Of a stretch of DNA of 64,000 bases, positions 1 to 12,384 are shown piece after piece. Under the pieces are notes generated by a model that saw only the letters and a list, made by a program, of their open reading frames with translations, was not told the origin of the DNA and ran no database searches. Both the position numbers and the translations under genes were made by a program. The DNA is from Octopus bimaculoides (Eukaryota). Each line of letters opens with the position of its first letter. The first letter of the stretch is position 1. Where the stretch lies: contig NC_068998.1 of assembly GCF_001194135.2 (NCBI RefSeq), positions 44,161,532 through 44,225,531 of the forward strand, given 5' to 3'.

Positions 1-58
<58 letters not shown>
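1..58. repeat. (TG)n microsatellite
   Basis: Pure TG dinucleotide run at the window start. Confidence 0.98.
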
Positions 59-61
<3 letters not shown>

Positions 62-936
62 CTATCCTGTAAAAAGTTTTTTAATAAAAAGTTTAGGATG
101 TGAATAAAGCTACACTCCCCGCTTCGTTTTCAATTACTCACACACACACACACACACACACACATTCACGCACACACACGCACACATCATGAAACGTTCT
201 AGTAGCTGGCTGATAGTAAATTCAGTCTATATAGCAAACACTACAATGAAAGAATTTTTATGTTTTACTGGTTTTGCTGTGTCGGAATCCAAATTCTCTG
301 CAAATATTGAGCTAATTGGAATGAAATTAAGGACGTAGCTGAAACTGGCTAAATCTTGTCAAAACTGCCACCCCTACTATTCATTAATCAGTTGATAAAT
401 ACATCTGAGATTAGACAGCTTTATTAACTATATGATTTCCATTACAGAAAAGCAATCATAAATTTCATTGAGCTTCCGTAATCCAATATAAATTTGATGG
501 TAGTGGCGTTGGTTGCTGGAAATGTATCGATCATATGTTCATTGAATTTACATGATTGATATTTAATATAACTAAATGTTGTCGGTGTTGTGTAGTGTTA
601 GATCATTCCTGGTTGAGCTGAGCCTATGATGAAAGTATTCCAGATGTGACCATCCTGTCATTTCTTCCCCAAGGCATTATTCCCCTTGCTTACATTATTC
701 GCTACATTCTTAATTTTCTTAGCTGATATGAGATGATTTGAGGGTGATTATCTTTCAATTCAAGTGAGCTATGCAGCTTCTCTCATTAACTTATATTACT
801 AATGAAGGATTTATCATATGCCTGAGAGGAGATTACTCTGAGTATATCTAATCTTTTTCTCAGACTGTTAATCCTTCTATTTTTAATTACAAGTGGGTAA
901 TTGTTTAAAGTTGTAATTGAAAGTAACACAGCCACA

Positions 937-1344
937 GGCAGCGTGGTTGTGTGGTAATAAGTTTGCTTTCCCAACCACATCGTTCTGGTTTCAGTCTCAC
1001 TGTGTGACACCTTGAGCAAGTGTCATCGACAGTAGCCTTAGGCCAACCAAAACCTTGTGAGTGGATCTGGTAGATGGAAACTGAAAAATGTCCATCATAT
1101 ATGTGTGTGTGTGTGTGTGTGTGTTTGCCTTTGTGATAGTGTTTGTCCCCTACCATTGCTTGGCCATTTGTCTTGGTGTGTTTAAATCCCTGTAACTTAG
1201 CAGTTTGACAAAAAGAGACTGATAGCACAAGTACCAGGCTTAATAAAACAAAGTACTGAGGTCAATTCATCAGCTTAAAATCCTTTGAAGCACTACCCCA
1301 GCATGGCCATAGTCTGATGACTGAAATAAGTGAAGGACAAAAGA
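937..1344 (+). mobile_element. SINE family A (tRNA-like head, CORE-like box, microsatellite spacer, conserved 3' tail), diverged copy
   Basis: Head gtggttgtgtggtaataagtttgctttcccaaccacat, box caccttgagcaagtgtc, (TG)n spacer and tail gcatggccatagtctgatgactgaaataag match other copies in the window. Confidence 0.85.
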
Positions 1345-1614
1345 CTGAAGGTTTGCAATTTTAAGTTTTAACCCTAGTTCATTTCTGATCAAGGAGACCT
1401 CTGATTAGAGGCATTCCAGGCAGGACCATCCTGTCATTTTTTATAGGTGTATAGGACCATAATATTTAATGTATCTTTTATTTAAAACAGAAGAAGGCGT
1501 TTTGAAAGATGCTTGGCAGCTATTTCTAGCAAGTCAAGCAATCTCCATGCATCTCCTTTGTTGGCCCTGTATGTTAGTAGTATAAAGTGAAGGTAATTTA
1601 GTACATTGTGGAAA

Positions 1615-1740
1615 CATATGGCCTGGTGGTTAGGATGTTAGACTCATGATTGTAAGTTTGTGGTTTCAATTCCTGGGCTAAGTAACACATTGTGTTCTTG
1701 AGCAAAACACTTCATTTAACATTGCTCCAAACAATTCTGC
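1615..1740 (+). mobile_element. tRNA-derived SINE 5' fragment (different family)
   Basis: A-box-like tggcctggtggttagg, B-box-like ggtttcaattcc, then tgtgttcttgagcaaaacacttca. A reverse-oriented relative lies near 38460-38570. Confidence 0.6.
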
Positions 1741-1879
1741 TAGCAATGATAATACTGCAATGGACTGGTATCCCATCCAGAGTGTGTGTGTATGTGTGTG
1801 TGCATTTATATATATATATATATATATTCAGTTGCACCAGAGTCTTCGGTTTGTTGACATAATCCCTCTCTTTCAAGTA

Positions 1880-2318
1880 TCCATGATTGAGACCTTTGTG
1901 CCTCTGGCCATTCTAAGTACACCTCTCACATGGTTCCAGCAAGATGGGGCAACTGCTCATATTGCAAGAGAAACAATGCAGTTGCTATGGCAGTGCTTTG
2001 GAGAGAGAATAATCTCCTGCTACGGCAATGTCAACTGGTCTTCATGTTCCGCAGACTTATCTAGCCCACACTTTTTCTTGTGGGGATACCTGAAAGAGAG
2101 GGCTTATGTCAACAAACCAGACCCTGGTGCAACTGAAATGGCTACAATTTAAGTGATGTCATTTTTCATATGTGATGTAGTGGTGTTGCAATAGTCGATG
2201 TGTGCCTATTAATTTCCATTATGTCCTTCATATTTTATCAAAATTTCATGCATTTATTTGTAAAGTTAAGAGAGTTATTAAAAATTGAAACCCATCAGTG
2301 ACTTTTGGGACACCCTAT
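1880..2318 (+). mobile_element. Tc1/mariner transposon 3' remnant (transposase DDD/E-domain fragment plus right TIR)
   Basis: Translates to WFQQDGATAHIARETMQLLWQCFGERIISCYGNVNWSSCSADLSSPHFFLWGYLKERAYVNKP, a decayed WFQQDGA..H / WP.RSPDL.P.DFFLWG.LK motif. Ends in ...ttttgggacaccct followed by TA. Confidence 0.9.
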
Positions 2319-2959
2319 ATATNNNNNNNNNNNNNNNNNNNNNNNNNNNNNNNNNNTATATATATATATATATATATATATGCCACAGAAACTGGGAAAC
2401 TAGGCCTTTATGATTCCATTGAGCTTGAGAGAGATGCTAAATTTTTTACAAAGGTTCTTGAAACTGACAAGTACCAGGACCCCTTTGAACCCCCCACCAC
2501 ATTCCAATCGTTATCGACCAGAAAACAAAATTGAAGTTTATAATTCTTCTCTCTTTGCCATGATGGTGTACAAATTTAAGGAGTTTTAAAACCATCCAGA
2601 ATATTACTAGACAAGGTAATTTGTCCATGTCCCCACCAGGGGGAGAGGTGGGTGGGGTATATTTTATTCTTGCAGTTTCCCCCTGCAAAGGGACAAACCA
2701 TGCTTCCTTTCCCCTTGTCAGGCGGATCACTGATTTATTGGACCTTTCCTGTATAGTAGCAGCAAAATCAGCTCTTCTTTACTAAACACCTTTTCTGACT
2801 TTAAAACTGTTGCTGCCTTTTGTAAGTGTGTGGATTTTAGCTGTCATGTGTCACAGTAAAAGATGGGGATGACTTAAACAGGAATGTCATTTATTTTTGT
2901 CCCTGTCATCACACCTGTCATCATCACTATCATTTACTAACTGTAGATCATCCACAGCT

Positions 2960-3657
2960 CTGTTGCCACTATTTCATCATGACTGTCATCACCCTCATCA
3001 TCACTCTCATCTCCACCACTGCTACCATCATCATCTCCTTTGTCACCACCACCACCACCACTATTGTTGTTATTGTTGTAACCATCCCCAGCATCATTAT
3101 CATCATCATCATGATTGTCATCATCTCAAACTTCAGTGACTGCCAGGCTTTCTTTATTACAGTCATCACTGCCACCATTGCAAGCACACAGCACAACCAC
3201 CACTACCACCACCGCCACCGCAATTGCCTACCATCGTTACAACTAGAATCATCAACAGCCTTGCCTTTGTCATTGCCATGACCACCTGACCACCACTATC
3301 ACAGGCATCAACCACCACTGCTACCATCACAAAACAATGACTGCAATCTTTTCAACCACCATCATCATCATTGCCACTCTCATTGCCACACAATTATCAT
3401 CATCATCATCATCAACACAATCACCTAGTATCACCACTATGACCACCACCACCACCACCAACATCACCACCAAATAATGACTGCCATCATTACAGCCATC
3501 ATCATCACCACCATCATTACCACCACAATCAATCTATCATCACCATCGCAATCACCAATGTCATTGTAATGACCAGAACCCCCCTTAACCTCAACTACAA
3601 CTACTACCACAATCGCCACCACCACCACCGCCACCACCACCACCACAGCTGCTTAAC
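2960..3657. repeat. Degenerate (CAT/CAC/ACC)n trinucleotide low-complexity tract running into a gap
   Basis: Runs of catcatcat and caccaccac. It explains the His-, Thr-, Ile- and Val-rich ORFs on both strands. Confidence 0.9.
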
Positions 3658-4734
3658 NNNNNNNNNNNNNNNNNNNNNNNNNNNNNNNNNNNNNNNNNNN
3701 NNNNNNNNNNNNNNNNNNNNNNNNNNNNNNNNNNNNNNNNNNNNNNNNNNNNNNNNNNNNNNNNNNNNNNNNNNNNNNNNNNNNNNNNNNNNNNNNNNNN
3801 NNNNNNNNNNNNNNNNNNNNNNNNNNNNNNNNNNNNNNNNNNNNNNNNNNNNNNNNNNNNNNNNNNNNNNNNNNNNNNNNNNNNNNNNNNNNNNNNNNNN
3901 NNNNNNNNNNNNNNNNNNNNNNNNNNNNNNNNNNNNNNNNNNNNNNNNNNNNNNNNNNNNNNNNNNNNNNNNNNNNNNNNNNNNNNNNNNNNNNNNNNNN
4001 NNNNNNNNNNNNNNNNNNNNNNNNNNNNNNNNNNNNNNNNNNNNNNNNNNNNNNNNNNNNNNNNNNNNNNNNNNNNNNNNNNNNNNNNNNNNNNNNNNNN
4101 NNNNNNNNNNNNNNNNNNNNNNNNNNNNNNNNNNNNNNNNNNNNNNNNNNNNNNNNNNNNNNNNNNNNNNNNNNNNNNNNNNNNNNNNNNNNNNNNNNNN
4201 NNNNNNNNNNNNNNNNNNNNNNNNNNNNNNNNNNNNNNNNNNNNNNNNNNNNNNNNNNNNNNNNNNNNNNNNNNNNNCTCTCTCTCTCTTTCACTCTTTC
4301 CTCTCCTTCTCTGTATGCATGCAAATATATATATATGCACGTGTGTGTGTGTGTGTGTGTGTCTATATATAAAGTAAGGTATCCCTTCCTCTCTCTACAT
4401 ATATCTGATGTAATATGTTGCAGTGTTATATTCTTGCTCATTCACAGGATTCCATTTCTCACTTGCAGCTCCCAGTCTCTCCCATTAATTCACATTCACA
4501 GCCCAACGTCTCTTAAATTTCCTTTACAAGTCTTCTCATGTATTTCAGCCATTTATCTATAGGTCTCTGCCTATTTTTTTTTACTATGCATGTTCTCTTT
4601 TTACACTCCCACCTCCTTAATCATTTTGCTCCTTTTTTTATATTTTTTTGCCTATCCTAACATCTCTCTACTTCGCTGACAACAGGTGTGTCTGTCTCTG
4701 CCTGTCTTCCAATTTATCTACCTGTCTGTCCCTA

Positions 4735-4900
4735 TGTCTGTCAGCCTCTTTTTATCTATGTATCTATCTACATACATATCTATCTATCTACCTACCTGCC
4801 AACATATCTATCTATCTATCCATCTACTTCCATATCCATCTGTCCATCCATCCATTCATTTATCTATCTACACTTCTATCTCTATTTCTATTTGTCTGCC
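4735..4900. repeat. Degenerate (ATCT)n/(ATCC)n tetranucleotide repeat
   Basis: tatctatctatctacctacc and catccatccattcatt runs. Confidence 0.85.
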
Positions 4901-5058
4901 TTTATATATTGTCCTAGATAGAGTACATTTAAATAGAATTAGGTATGACCACTGCTGGAATCCTATGAGTACAGCCACTAGCCTTGAAGTTAGTGCCTCT
5001 TATATACTATGACTTGACACAAACATTGTTTACTGTATTCATTACTTCATATATATAT

Positions 5059-5215
5059 GGAGTGGCTGTGTGGTAAGTAGCTTGCTTACCAACCACATGG
5101 TTCTGGGTTCAGTCCCACTGCATGGCACCTTGGGCAAGTGTCTTCTACTATAGCCTCAAGCTGACCAAAGCCTTGTGAGTGGATTTGGTAGGCAGAAACT
5201 CAAAGAAGCCCATCA

Positions 5216-5260
<45 letters not shown>

Positions 5261-5498
5261 GTATATATGTATGTATGTATGTATGTATATGTTTCTGTGT
5301 TTGTCCCCCCCAACATCGTTCAACAACCAATGCTGGTGTGTTTACGTTCCTGTTACTTAGCGGTTCAGCAAGAGAGATCGATAGAATAAGTATTAGGCTT
5401 ACAAAGAATAAGTCCTGGGGTTGATTTCCTCGAATGAAGGCGGTGCTCCGGCATGGCCGCAGTCAAATGACTGAAACAAATAGAAAAGAAAAAGAAAG
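5059..5498 (+). mobile_element. SINE family A, full-length copy
   Basis: ggagtggctgtgtggtaagtagcttgc...gggttcagtcccactg...caccttgggcaagtgtcttctactatagcc, (TA)n/(TATG)n spacer, tail ...ggcggtgctccggcatggccgcagtcaaatgactgaaacaaatagaaaag. Confidence 0.92.
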
Positions 5499-7081
5499 AT
5501 ATATATATATATATATTACATATATTATACACATACATTATATAAACATATGTATACATGTATAATATATACTAAACGATACATATTTTATGTTGCAGCT
5601 ATATATCTTATTTGTATACATTAAATAGATGAACTGGAAACTATACATTTATTATGCAGTTGAGAAAACAATCGTAGCTGGGTAGTTTATAATTGATAGA
5701 TGATGCAAGCATGATATGTGAGTTGGATATCTTAAAGATCTTAATATTCAATGAGATTGAAAATGTACTCGGTTCAGTGTTGTAAGCAGCTGCGAAGTAT
5801 TAAGCATCAGATGAGCAGAAAACGTGTTGGCAAGTTCTGCTGCCAAATTTTTCTGCCCTGAGCCATGTTTGCAGTAAGTGTGGTTAATTACTCATTAAAT
5901 TGTTCTGGCACAAAGGTGGAATGAGATCTAAGATTCAAAGTAGTTTCTTGATATGTTTACAAATTTACATTTAATCTGTATTCTATGTACAGATATGATG
6001 GTAAATATCCCGTGCAGAAATTTTTAAAAGAGTTATATACATGCAGGCATGGCTGTGGGGTAAGAAGTTTGCTTCCCAATCACATGGTTCCATGTTCAGT
6101 CTCACCTTGGTTTATGGTTAGGGTATTATACTATAAGCTTCAGTTGTGACTGAATTAGGTAGACATAAACTGAAAGAAGCCCATCAGACACAACATGCCA
6201 TCAGGAACTGAACTCACCACCTTACAATTGTGAGCTGGGTGCCCTGACTACTAGGCCACATGCCTTTTCTACTAAACAAGCAAAGCACATAATTCTACTT
6301 GCCTCGGACTACATAACTGACCCGTCCGCTTGCGCTCACAAGCCTCCTCACATGATAATGTATATGAAATATTAAATTGTAATATATATATATATATATA
6401 TATACAAATAATAAATGAGTATATGCATATATACGTACATGTATGTACATACCTACATCTACCTGTATATATAGATGCATATCTTGGTACAGGACGTTGC
6501 AAACAAAAGTAGAGAAAATGATAAACAGAGTACAGAAAACACACAGGCCACATAGAGAACATTTCCTTCATCAGCTGCCACCATTCTAGCACTGGAGTTT
6601 CGAAGAGTTAGATATACATATATATTATACACATATATATATATATTTACCTATAACTATATATCAAAATGCCCACATTCACAAGCTATACATAAACCCT
6701 CGTATCACATGCTCTTTCTAGAATAAAACAGACAAAATAGCATAAAGAAAACTGGGAAATATAATGAGAATTCTAAACACCTTAAAGTGTCTTGATGCAT
6801 ATATGTATATGTATATATATTGAAAAATAAATAGATATAAAAAAAAAAAAGAAAAAATTGAATTTGTGGAAAAATTATGTCTGTCTGCTGCTATAAAATA
6901 TTTAACCAGATTCAGCAACATTACTTGACAAAAGTAACCAGTTAAGTGCAACTAAATTGAATCACTACACATGTTAATAGAATTAGCCAAATGCTCTGCC
7001 TTTATTCTCTGTTATTGCTCTGTTTTCTTTGACTCTCTCGCTTTTTGGCTTCGGCTCCCATGTTTATACATACATACATGC

Positions 7082-7128
<47 letters not shown>

Positions 7129-7395
7129 CATACATGTATATATTATCCAATTTACGCATTATAAAATTTTCTGTCTTTTCTTGTAATTTAGCTGAAATGG
7201 CTGTTTTCACAGCTATTCAACTGTCTATATTTACATGCATACACATATATACATACATACATGTATATATACACACATGCATTCATAGCTACACACACAC
7301 ACACACACACACATGCATATAAAATTCAAAGTTAGTTCTGATATTATTTAGAATGAACTCTACTGTAACTCATACTAAATAAATGTGTGCGTATG

Positions 7396-7428
<33 letters not shown>

Positions 7429-7814
7429 ATATTTGAGTGGGCGGATGAAGTTGTCATTTTTGCTTTTTTACATGAGACTGCCTGACTTCTGAAAATAAAG
7501 TAAAAAATGCTGTTGTGAATGTTTACATTCTTAATAATGCAAAATACGTCCCGTTGCTCTGCGTCTTCAAACTTTAAGTAGAATAGAAAAAAAAAAATTC
7601 CCTGACTGGAAAAAAAGTACACAGGAAACATTATAATGTAAACAAAAGGTACAAAAGTAAATACTAAGTACTAAACACAGAGGGATATGATTTACAAGAA
7701 GCTGAAAAATTCCTGGATCATTTCTCCAAGTTTCTTATTACCAGTGATTGCTTGGAAATCGACAATAAATACTGCCAAGTAATGACTGAGTTGTGAAATT
7801 TAAGCTTCCTACAA

Positions 7815-8430
7815 GGCGCAGGAGTGGCTGTGTGGTAAGTAGCTTGCTTACCAACCACATGGTTTCGGGTTCAGTCCCACTGCGTGGCATCTTGGGCAAG
7901 TGTCTTCTGCTATGGCCTCGAGCTGACCAAAGCCTTGTGAGTGGATTTGGTAGACGGAAGCTGAAAGAAGCCCGTCGTATATATGTATNNNNNNNNNNNN
8001 NNNNNNNNNNNNNNNNNNNNNNNNNNNNNNNNNNNNNNNNNNNNNNNNNNNNNNNNNNNNNNNNNNNNNNNNNNNNNNNNNNNNNNNNNNNNNNNNNNNN
8101 NNNNNNNNNNNNNNNNNNNNNNNNNNNNNNNNNNNNNNNNNNNNNNNNNNNNNNNNNNNNNNNNNNNNNNNNNNNNNNNNNNNNNNNNNNNNNNNNNNNN
8201 NNNNNNNNNNNNNNNNNNNNNNNNNNNNNNNNNNNNNNNNNNNNNNNNNNNNNNNNNNNNNNNNNNNNNNNNNNNNNNNNCGTCACTTAGCAGTTTGGCA
8301 AAACAGATCGATAGAATAAGTACTAGGCTTACAAAGAATAAGTCCTGGGGTCGATTTGCTCGACTAAAGGCGGTGCTCCAGCATGGCCACAGTCAAATGA
8401 CTGAAACAAGTAAAAGAGTAAGAGTAAAGA

Positions 8431-8431
<1 letters not shown>
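7815..8431 (+). mobile_element. SINE family A, full-length copy with N-gap (7989-8280) in its microsatellite spacer
   Basis: Same head and tail as the 5059 and 29339 copies. Confidence 0.92.
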
Positions 8432-8467
<36 letters not shown>

Positions 8468-8923
8468 CACACACACACACACATATGTATGTATTTGTAT
8501 GAATGAATGTATTTATGTTTTATTTAGTATATATATATAGGCGTGTGTCTTTATGTCTTTAAAGAGTTGAATTTTTGTACAGAACTTTAGTAACTATATT
8601 ATTTGGCCTTTCATATATTCCATTGGTGAATTAGCAATGCTGGAAGTTTATAGAACTTGTAAACAGTTCTGAACTGAATGCAATAAATAGACCACACTCC
8701 AACCTAGAACAAAGCACTTCATTTTGGTGTTCAGTATTTTCTTAGCTGCTGTGTTTTGTACAAACTCATTTATTGCATCCATTTAAGTTACTGTAAGGTA
8801 CGTCTCATTCAATGTAAGTTTGGAATCTAATTATTTCTTAGCACTGTGTTCTTCACCAAACCTCTGTTATGTGATGGTAACACTTTCTTTAATTTTACAG
8901 ATCTTTTTGAAATCTTGAGCATG

Positions 8924-8965
<42 letters not shown>

Positions 8966-8968
<3 letters not shown>

Positions 8969-9246
8969 TCTTTTATTCTTTTACTTGTTACAGTCATTTG
9001 ACTGTGGTCATGCTGGAGCACCACCTTTAGTCGAACAAATCGACCCCAGGACTTACTCTTTGTAAGCCTCGTACTTATTCTATCGGACTCTTTTGCTGAA
9101 CCTCTAAGTTACGGGGGTGTAAACACACCAACATCGGTTGTCAAGTGATGGTGGGAGACAAACACAGACACACAAACATATACATATACACAACATGCTT
9201 CTTTCAGTTTCTGTCTACCAAATCCACTCATAAGGCTTTGGTCAGC
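8966..9246 (-). mobile_element. SINE family A, reverse copy (head lost at gap 9247-9256)
   Basis: Reverse complement of the family A tail and central part: ttttacttgttacagtcatttgactgtggtcatgctggagcaccacc...accaaatccactcataaggctttggtcagc. Confidence 0.9.
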
Positions 9247-10632
9247 NNNNNNNNNNTACACTGTATATATGTACATATATATATATAGGCATGGCTGTGT
9301 AGTTGAGAAGTTTTTTTCCAGCTTGTGTTGCATTTTGGCCAAATGTTTTCTGCTACAGGTCCAGGCCAATGCAAACCTTGTAAATGAATTTCATATATAG
9401 ATACTGAAAGAATCCCATCCCGTATTATTATAATTATTATTATCATCATCACCACCACCGTCATTTTATAATGTTTGTCTTCCATGCTGGCATGGGTTGG
9501 ATGGTTTGACAGGATTTGACAGATCAAAGAACTGCATGTGTTGTGTTCCAGTGTCGGATATGTAGACATAGATGCAGACAGACTGATAGACGTGTGTGTA
9601 TGTTTTTTTCTTGCTCTTTACTGGATCAGCCATCAGACTTTGGCTATCCTGGAGAACCGTCTTCCAGAATTTTTTGTCGAATGAATTGACCCCAAAACAT
9701 ATTTTTAAAAATTAAACCTGGTACCTGCTCTATCAGCCTCTTATACCAAATTGATAAGTTACAGGGACGTAACCGTAATCCTAACCAGACTAGCACCGGT
9801 TGTTAAGTGGTGCTGGAGGACAAGCACAGGCACAATGACACACATATATATATATATATATANNNNNNNNNNNNNNNNNNNNNNNNNNNNNNNNNNNNNN
9901 NNNNNNNNNNNNNNNNNNNNNNNNNNNNNNNNNNNNNNNNNNNNNNNNNNNNNNNNNNNNNNNNNNNNNNNNNNNNNNNNNNNNNNNNNNNNNNNNNNNN
10001 NNNNNNNNNNNNNNNNNNNNNNNNNNNNNNNNNNNNNNNNNNNNNNNNNNNNNNNNNNNNNNNNNNNNNNNNNNNNNNNNNNNNNNNNNNNNNNNNNNNN
10101 NNNNNNNNNNNNNNNNNNNNNNNNNNNNNNNNNNNNNNNNNNNNNNNNNNNNNNNNNNNNNNNNNNNNNNNNNNNNNNNNNNNNNNNNNNNNNNNNNNNN
10201 NNNNNNNNNNNNNNNNNNNNNNNNNNNNNNNNNNNNNNNNNNNNNNNNNNNNNNNNNNNNNNNNNNNNNNNNNNNNNNNNNNNNNNNNNNNNNNNNNNNN
10301 NNNNNNNNNNNNNNNNNNNNNNNNNNNNNNNNNNNNNNNNNNNNNNNNNNNNNNNNNNNNNNNNNNNNNNNNNNNNNNNNNNNNNNNNNNNNNNNNNNNN
10401 NNNNNNNNNNNNNNNNNNNNNNNNNNNNNNNNNNNNNNNNNNNNNNNNNNNNNNNNNNNNNNNNNNNNNNNNNNNNNNNNNNNNNNNNNNNNNNNNNNNN
10501 NNNNNNNNNNNNNNNNNNNNNNNNNNNNNNNNNNNNNNNNNNNNNNNNNNNNNNNNNNNNNNNNNNNNNNNNNNNNNNNNNNNNNNNNNNNNNNNNNNNN
10601 NNNNNNNNNNNNNNNNNNNNNNNNNNNNNNNN

Positions 10633-10992
10633 GCTATGTGTAGATAAGATTTTAATTTCTATGTTGTTGATTGAGCCTCTATGTTCTTGCTCAGCGTGCT
10701 GGTACAGAACTGATGAGTTCTTCCCTTCCTTAAGTTCCCTCGAATGTTCGTTTGCCCGCTCCCCTATGCTCCTTGCTGTTTCGCCTACATATGTCATTAT
10801 CTTATTTCTGCATCGTCCCTCTGTACATCTTATACTATAGACCACATTTCTGGTTTTGCAGTTCGTTTGTGGGCTAAATCTACATACGATACAGTTCCTA
10901 TCAGTGCAGGGGGTTCTACTGAAAAGGTATGTTCTACTGATAAGGGATTTAATAGGGTTGCCTAGCCTTTCAACAACCTTAATTCTTAGCTT
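10633..10992 (-). mobile_element. Penelope-like retroelement fragment: Cys-rich linker plus GIY-YIG endonuclease (Neptune-like arrangement)
   Basis: 120 codons without a stop: KLRIKVVERLGNPIKSLISRTYLFSRTPCTDRNCIVCRFSPQTNCKTRNVVYSIRCTEGRCRNKIMTYVGETARSIGERANEHSRELKEGKNSSVLYQHAEQEHRGSINNIEIKILSTHS. Shows VVY...YVG (GIY-YIG), catalytic R, C..C/EH/QH zinc ligands and an upstream C-x4-C-x2-C-x7-C linker. Runs into the gap 9863-10632. Confidence 0.9.
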
Positions 10993-11973
10993 ATATAAAT
11001 ATACAACAATCTTCTTTCAGTTTCTACCAGCCATATTTACTCACAAGGCTTTAGTCAGCCCAAGGTGACATACAGTAAAACTGAACCTGGAACCATGTAG
11101 CCAAGAAGCAAGCTTCTTACAACACCTACATCTATTAAGGTTGTTGAAAGTAGAAGAACTTTTGTCACTTTTCTGCTCAACAAATTGTCTGCTTGCAGTA
11201 AGCTTTTTTAGATGTATAAAGTAAGAGATACCTTACTTGTAAAGCAGGTAAGGGTTGTAGCAGTAAGGGCATACAACACTGCCCCAGTAATCTATTCATT
11301 TAGCCCATACAGTATTGATATACAAGACACTTATATTCCACACTGTCTCAGGTTGAACAATGTCTGAATTTTAGGCTTCACTTCAAAATTTGTAGGAAGA
11401 TTCTGTCTGTCTACTTCCATAAAATTTACCTGTGTATCACTGTCCCTTCCTTAGACAAATTATTTATGAACGAACAACTATTTTGACAAATTACTTATGA
11501 ATGAATAACATTTATTTATGAATGAACAATTTTCTTTCAAGAAGGAAAGAAAATATTCTGAACGTCCTTGTAACATCAATTCTGCTTGGCACCAGTGGAG
11601 AGAACAGCATTGTCAGAAAATGGCGACTAATTTGATATGTTCTCTCGAGCCAAAAATTGATGAAGCAAATGTTTTGTGCAAGCTGTATGTACAATCATGT
11701 GCATACATACATACATTTAAGTGTATATGAGCATGTCTAGACATGCAGCTATATGCATGAGAATACATACATGAAACAAAATATACCAATCTACACATAT
11801 ACATACATACAAAAAAACCCTGTTGATGTTGTTGAAATTCCAATGAAGGAGCCTTATAATAATGAGGACAATGCCTTAACCACTAGGCCATGCACCTCAA
11901 CATTGACATGATGTGCCTTACAGGTAATTAAAAATCATATTAAGTATGGCCCATAGTGAAAAGTAAAGATATA

Positions 11974-12384
11974 GGTGCAGGAGGGGCTGTATGGTAAGTA
12001 GCTTGCTTACCAACCTCATGATTCCGGGTTCAGTCCCACTGCATGGCACCTTGGGCAATTGTCTTCTACTATAGCTTTGGGCTGACCAAAGCCTTGTGAG
12101 TGGATTTGGTAAATGGAAACTGAAAGAAGCTTATATATATATATATATATATATGTATTTATTTGTGTGTCTCTTTGTATGTGTGTTTGTCCTCCTGCAC
12201 CATCGCTTGACAACTGATTTTGGTGCGTTTACATCCCCATAACTTACTGGTTCAGCAAAAGAGACCAGCAGAAAAAAGTACCAGGCTTACAAAGAATAAG
12301 TCTCGGGGCGGTCAATTTCTTCAACCAAAATGTGGTGCTCCAGCACAGCTGCAGTCAAATGACTGAAACAAGTAAAAGAATAAA
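11974..12384 (+). mobile_element. SINE family A, full-length copy
   Basis: Head ggtgcaggaggggctgtatggtaagtagc; tail gcagtcaaatgactgaaacaagtaaaagaataaa. Confidence 0.9.

Noticed and set aside
2897-3646. His-, Thr- and Val-rich ORFs, and likewise all IYIY/HTHT/LLLL/NNNN and poly-X ORFs in the track
   Set aside because: These are translations of microsatellites or N-gaps.
6483-6615. Minus-strand CGAAAC ... CTGATGA pair resembling a permuted hammerhead
   Set aside because: No NUH site paired with A15.1, and no stem I can be formed between the two motifs. It is at most a decayed repeat.
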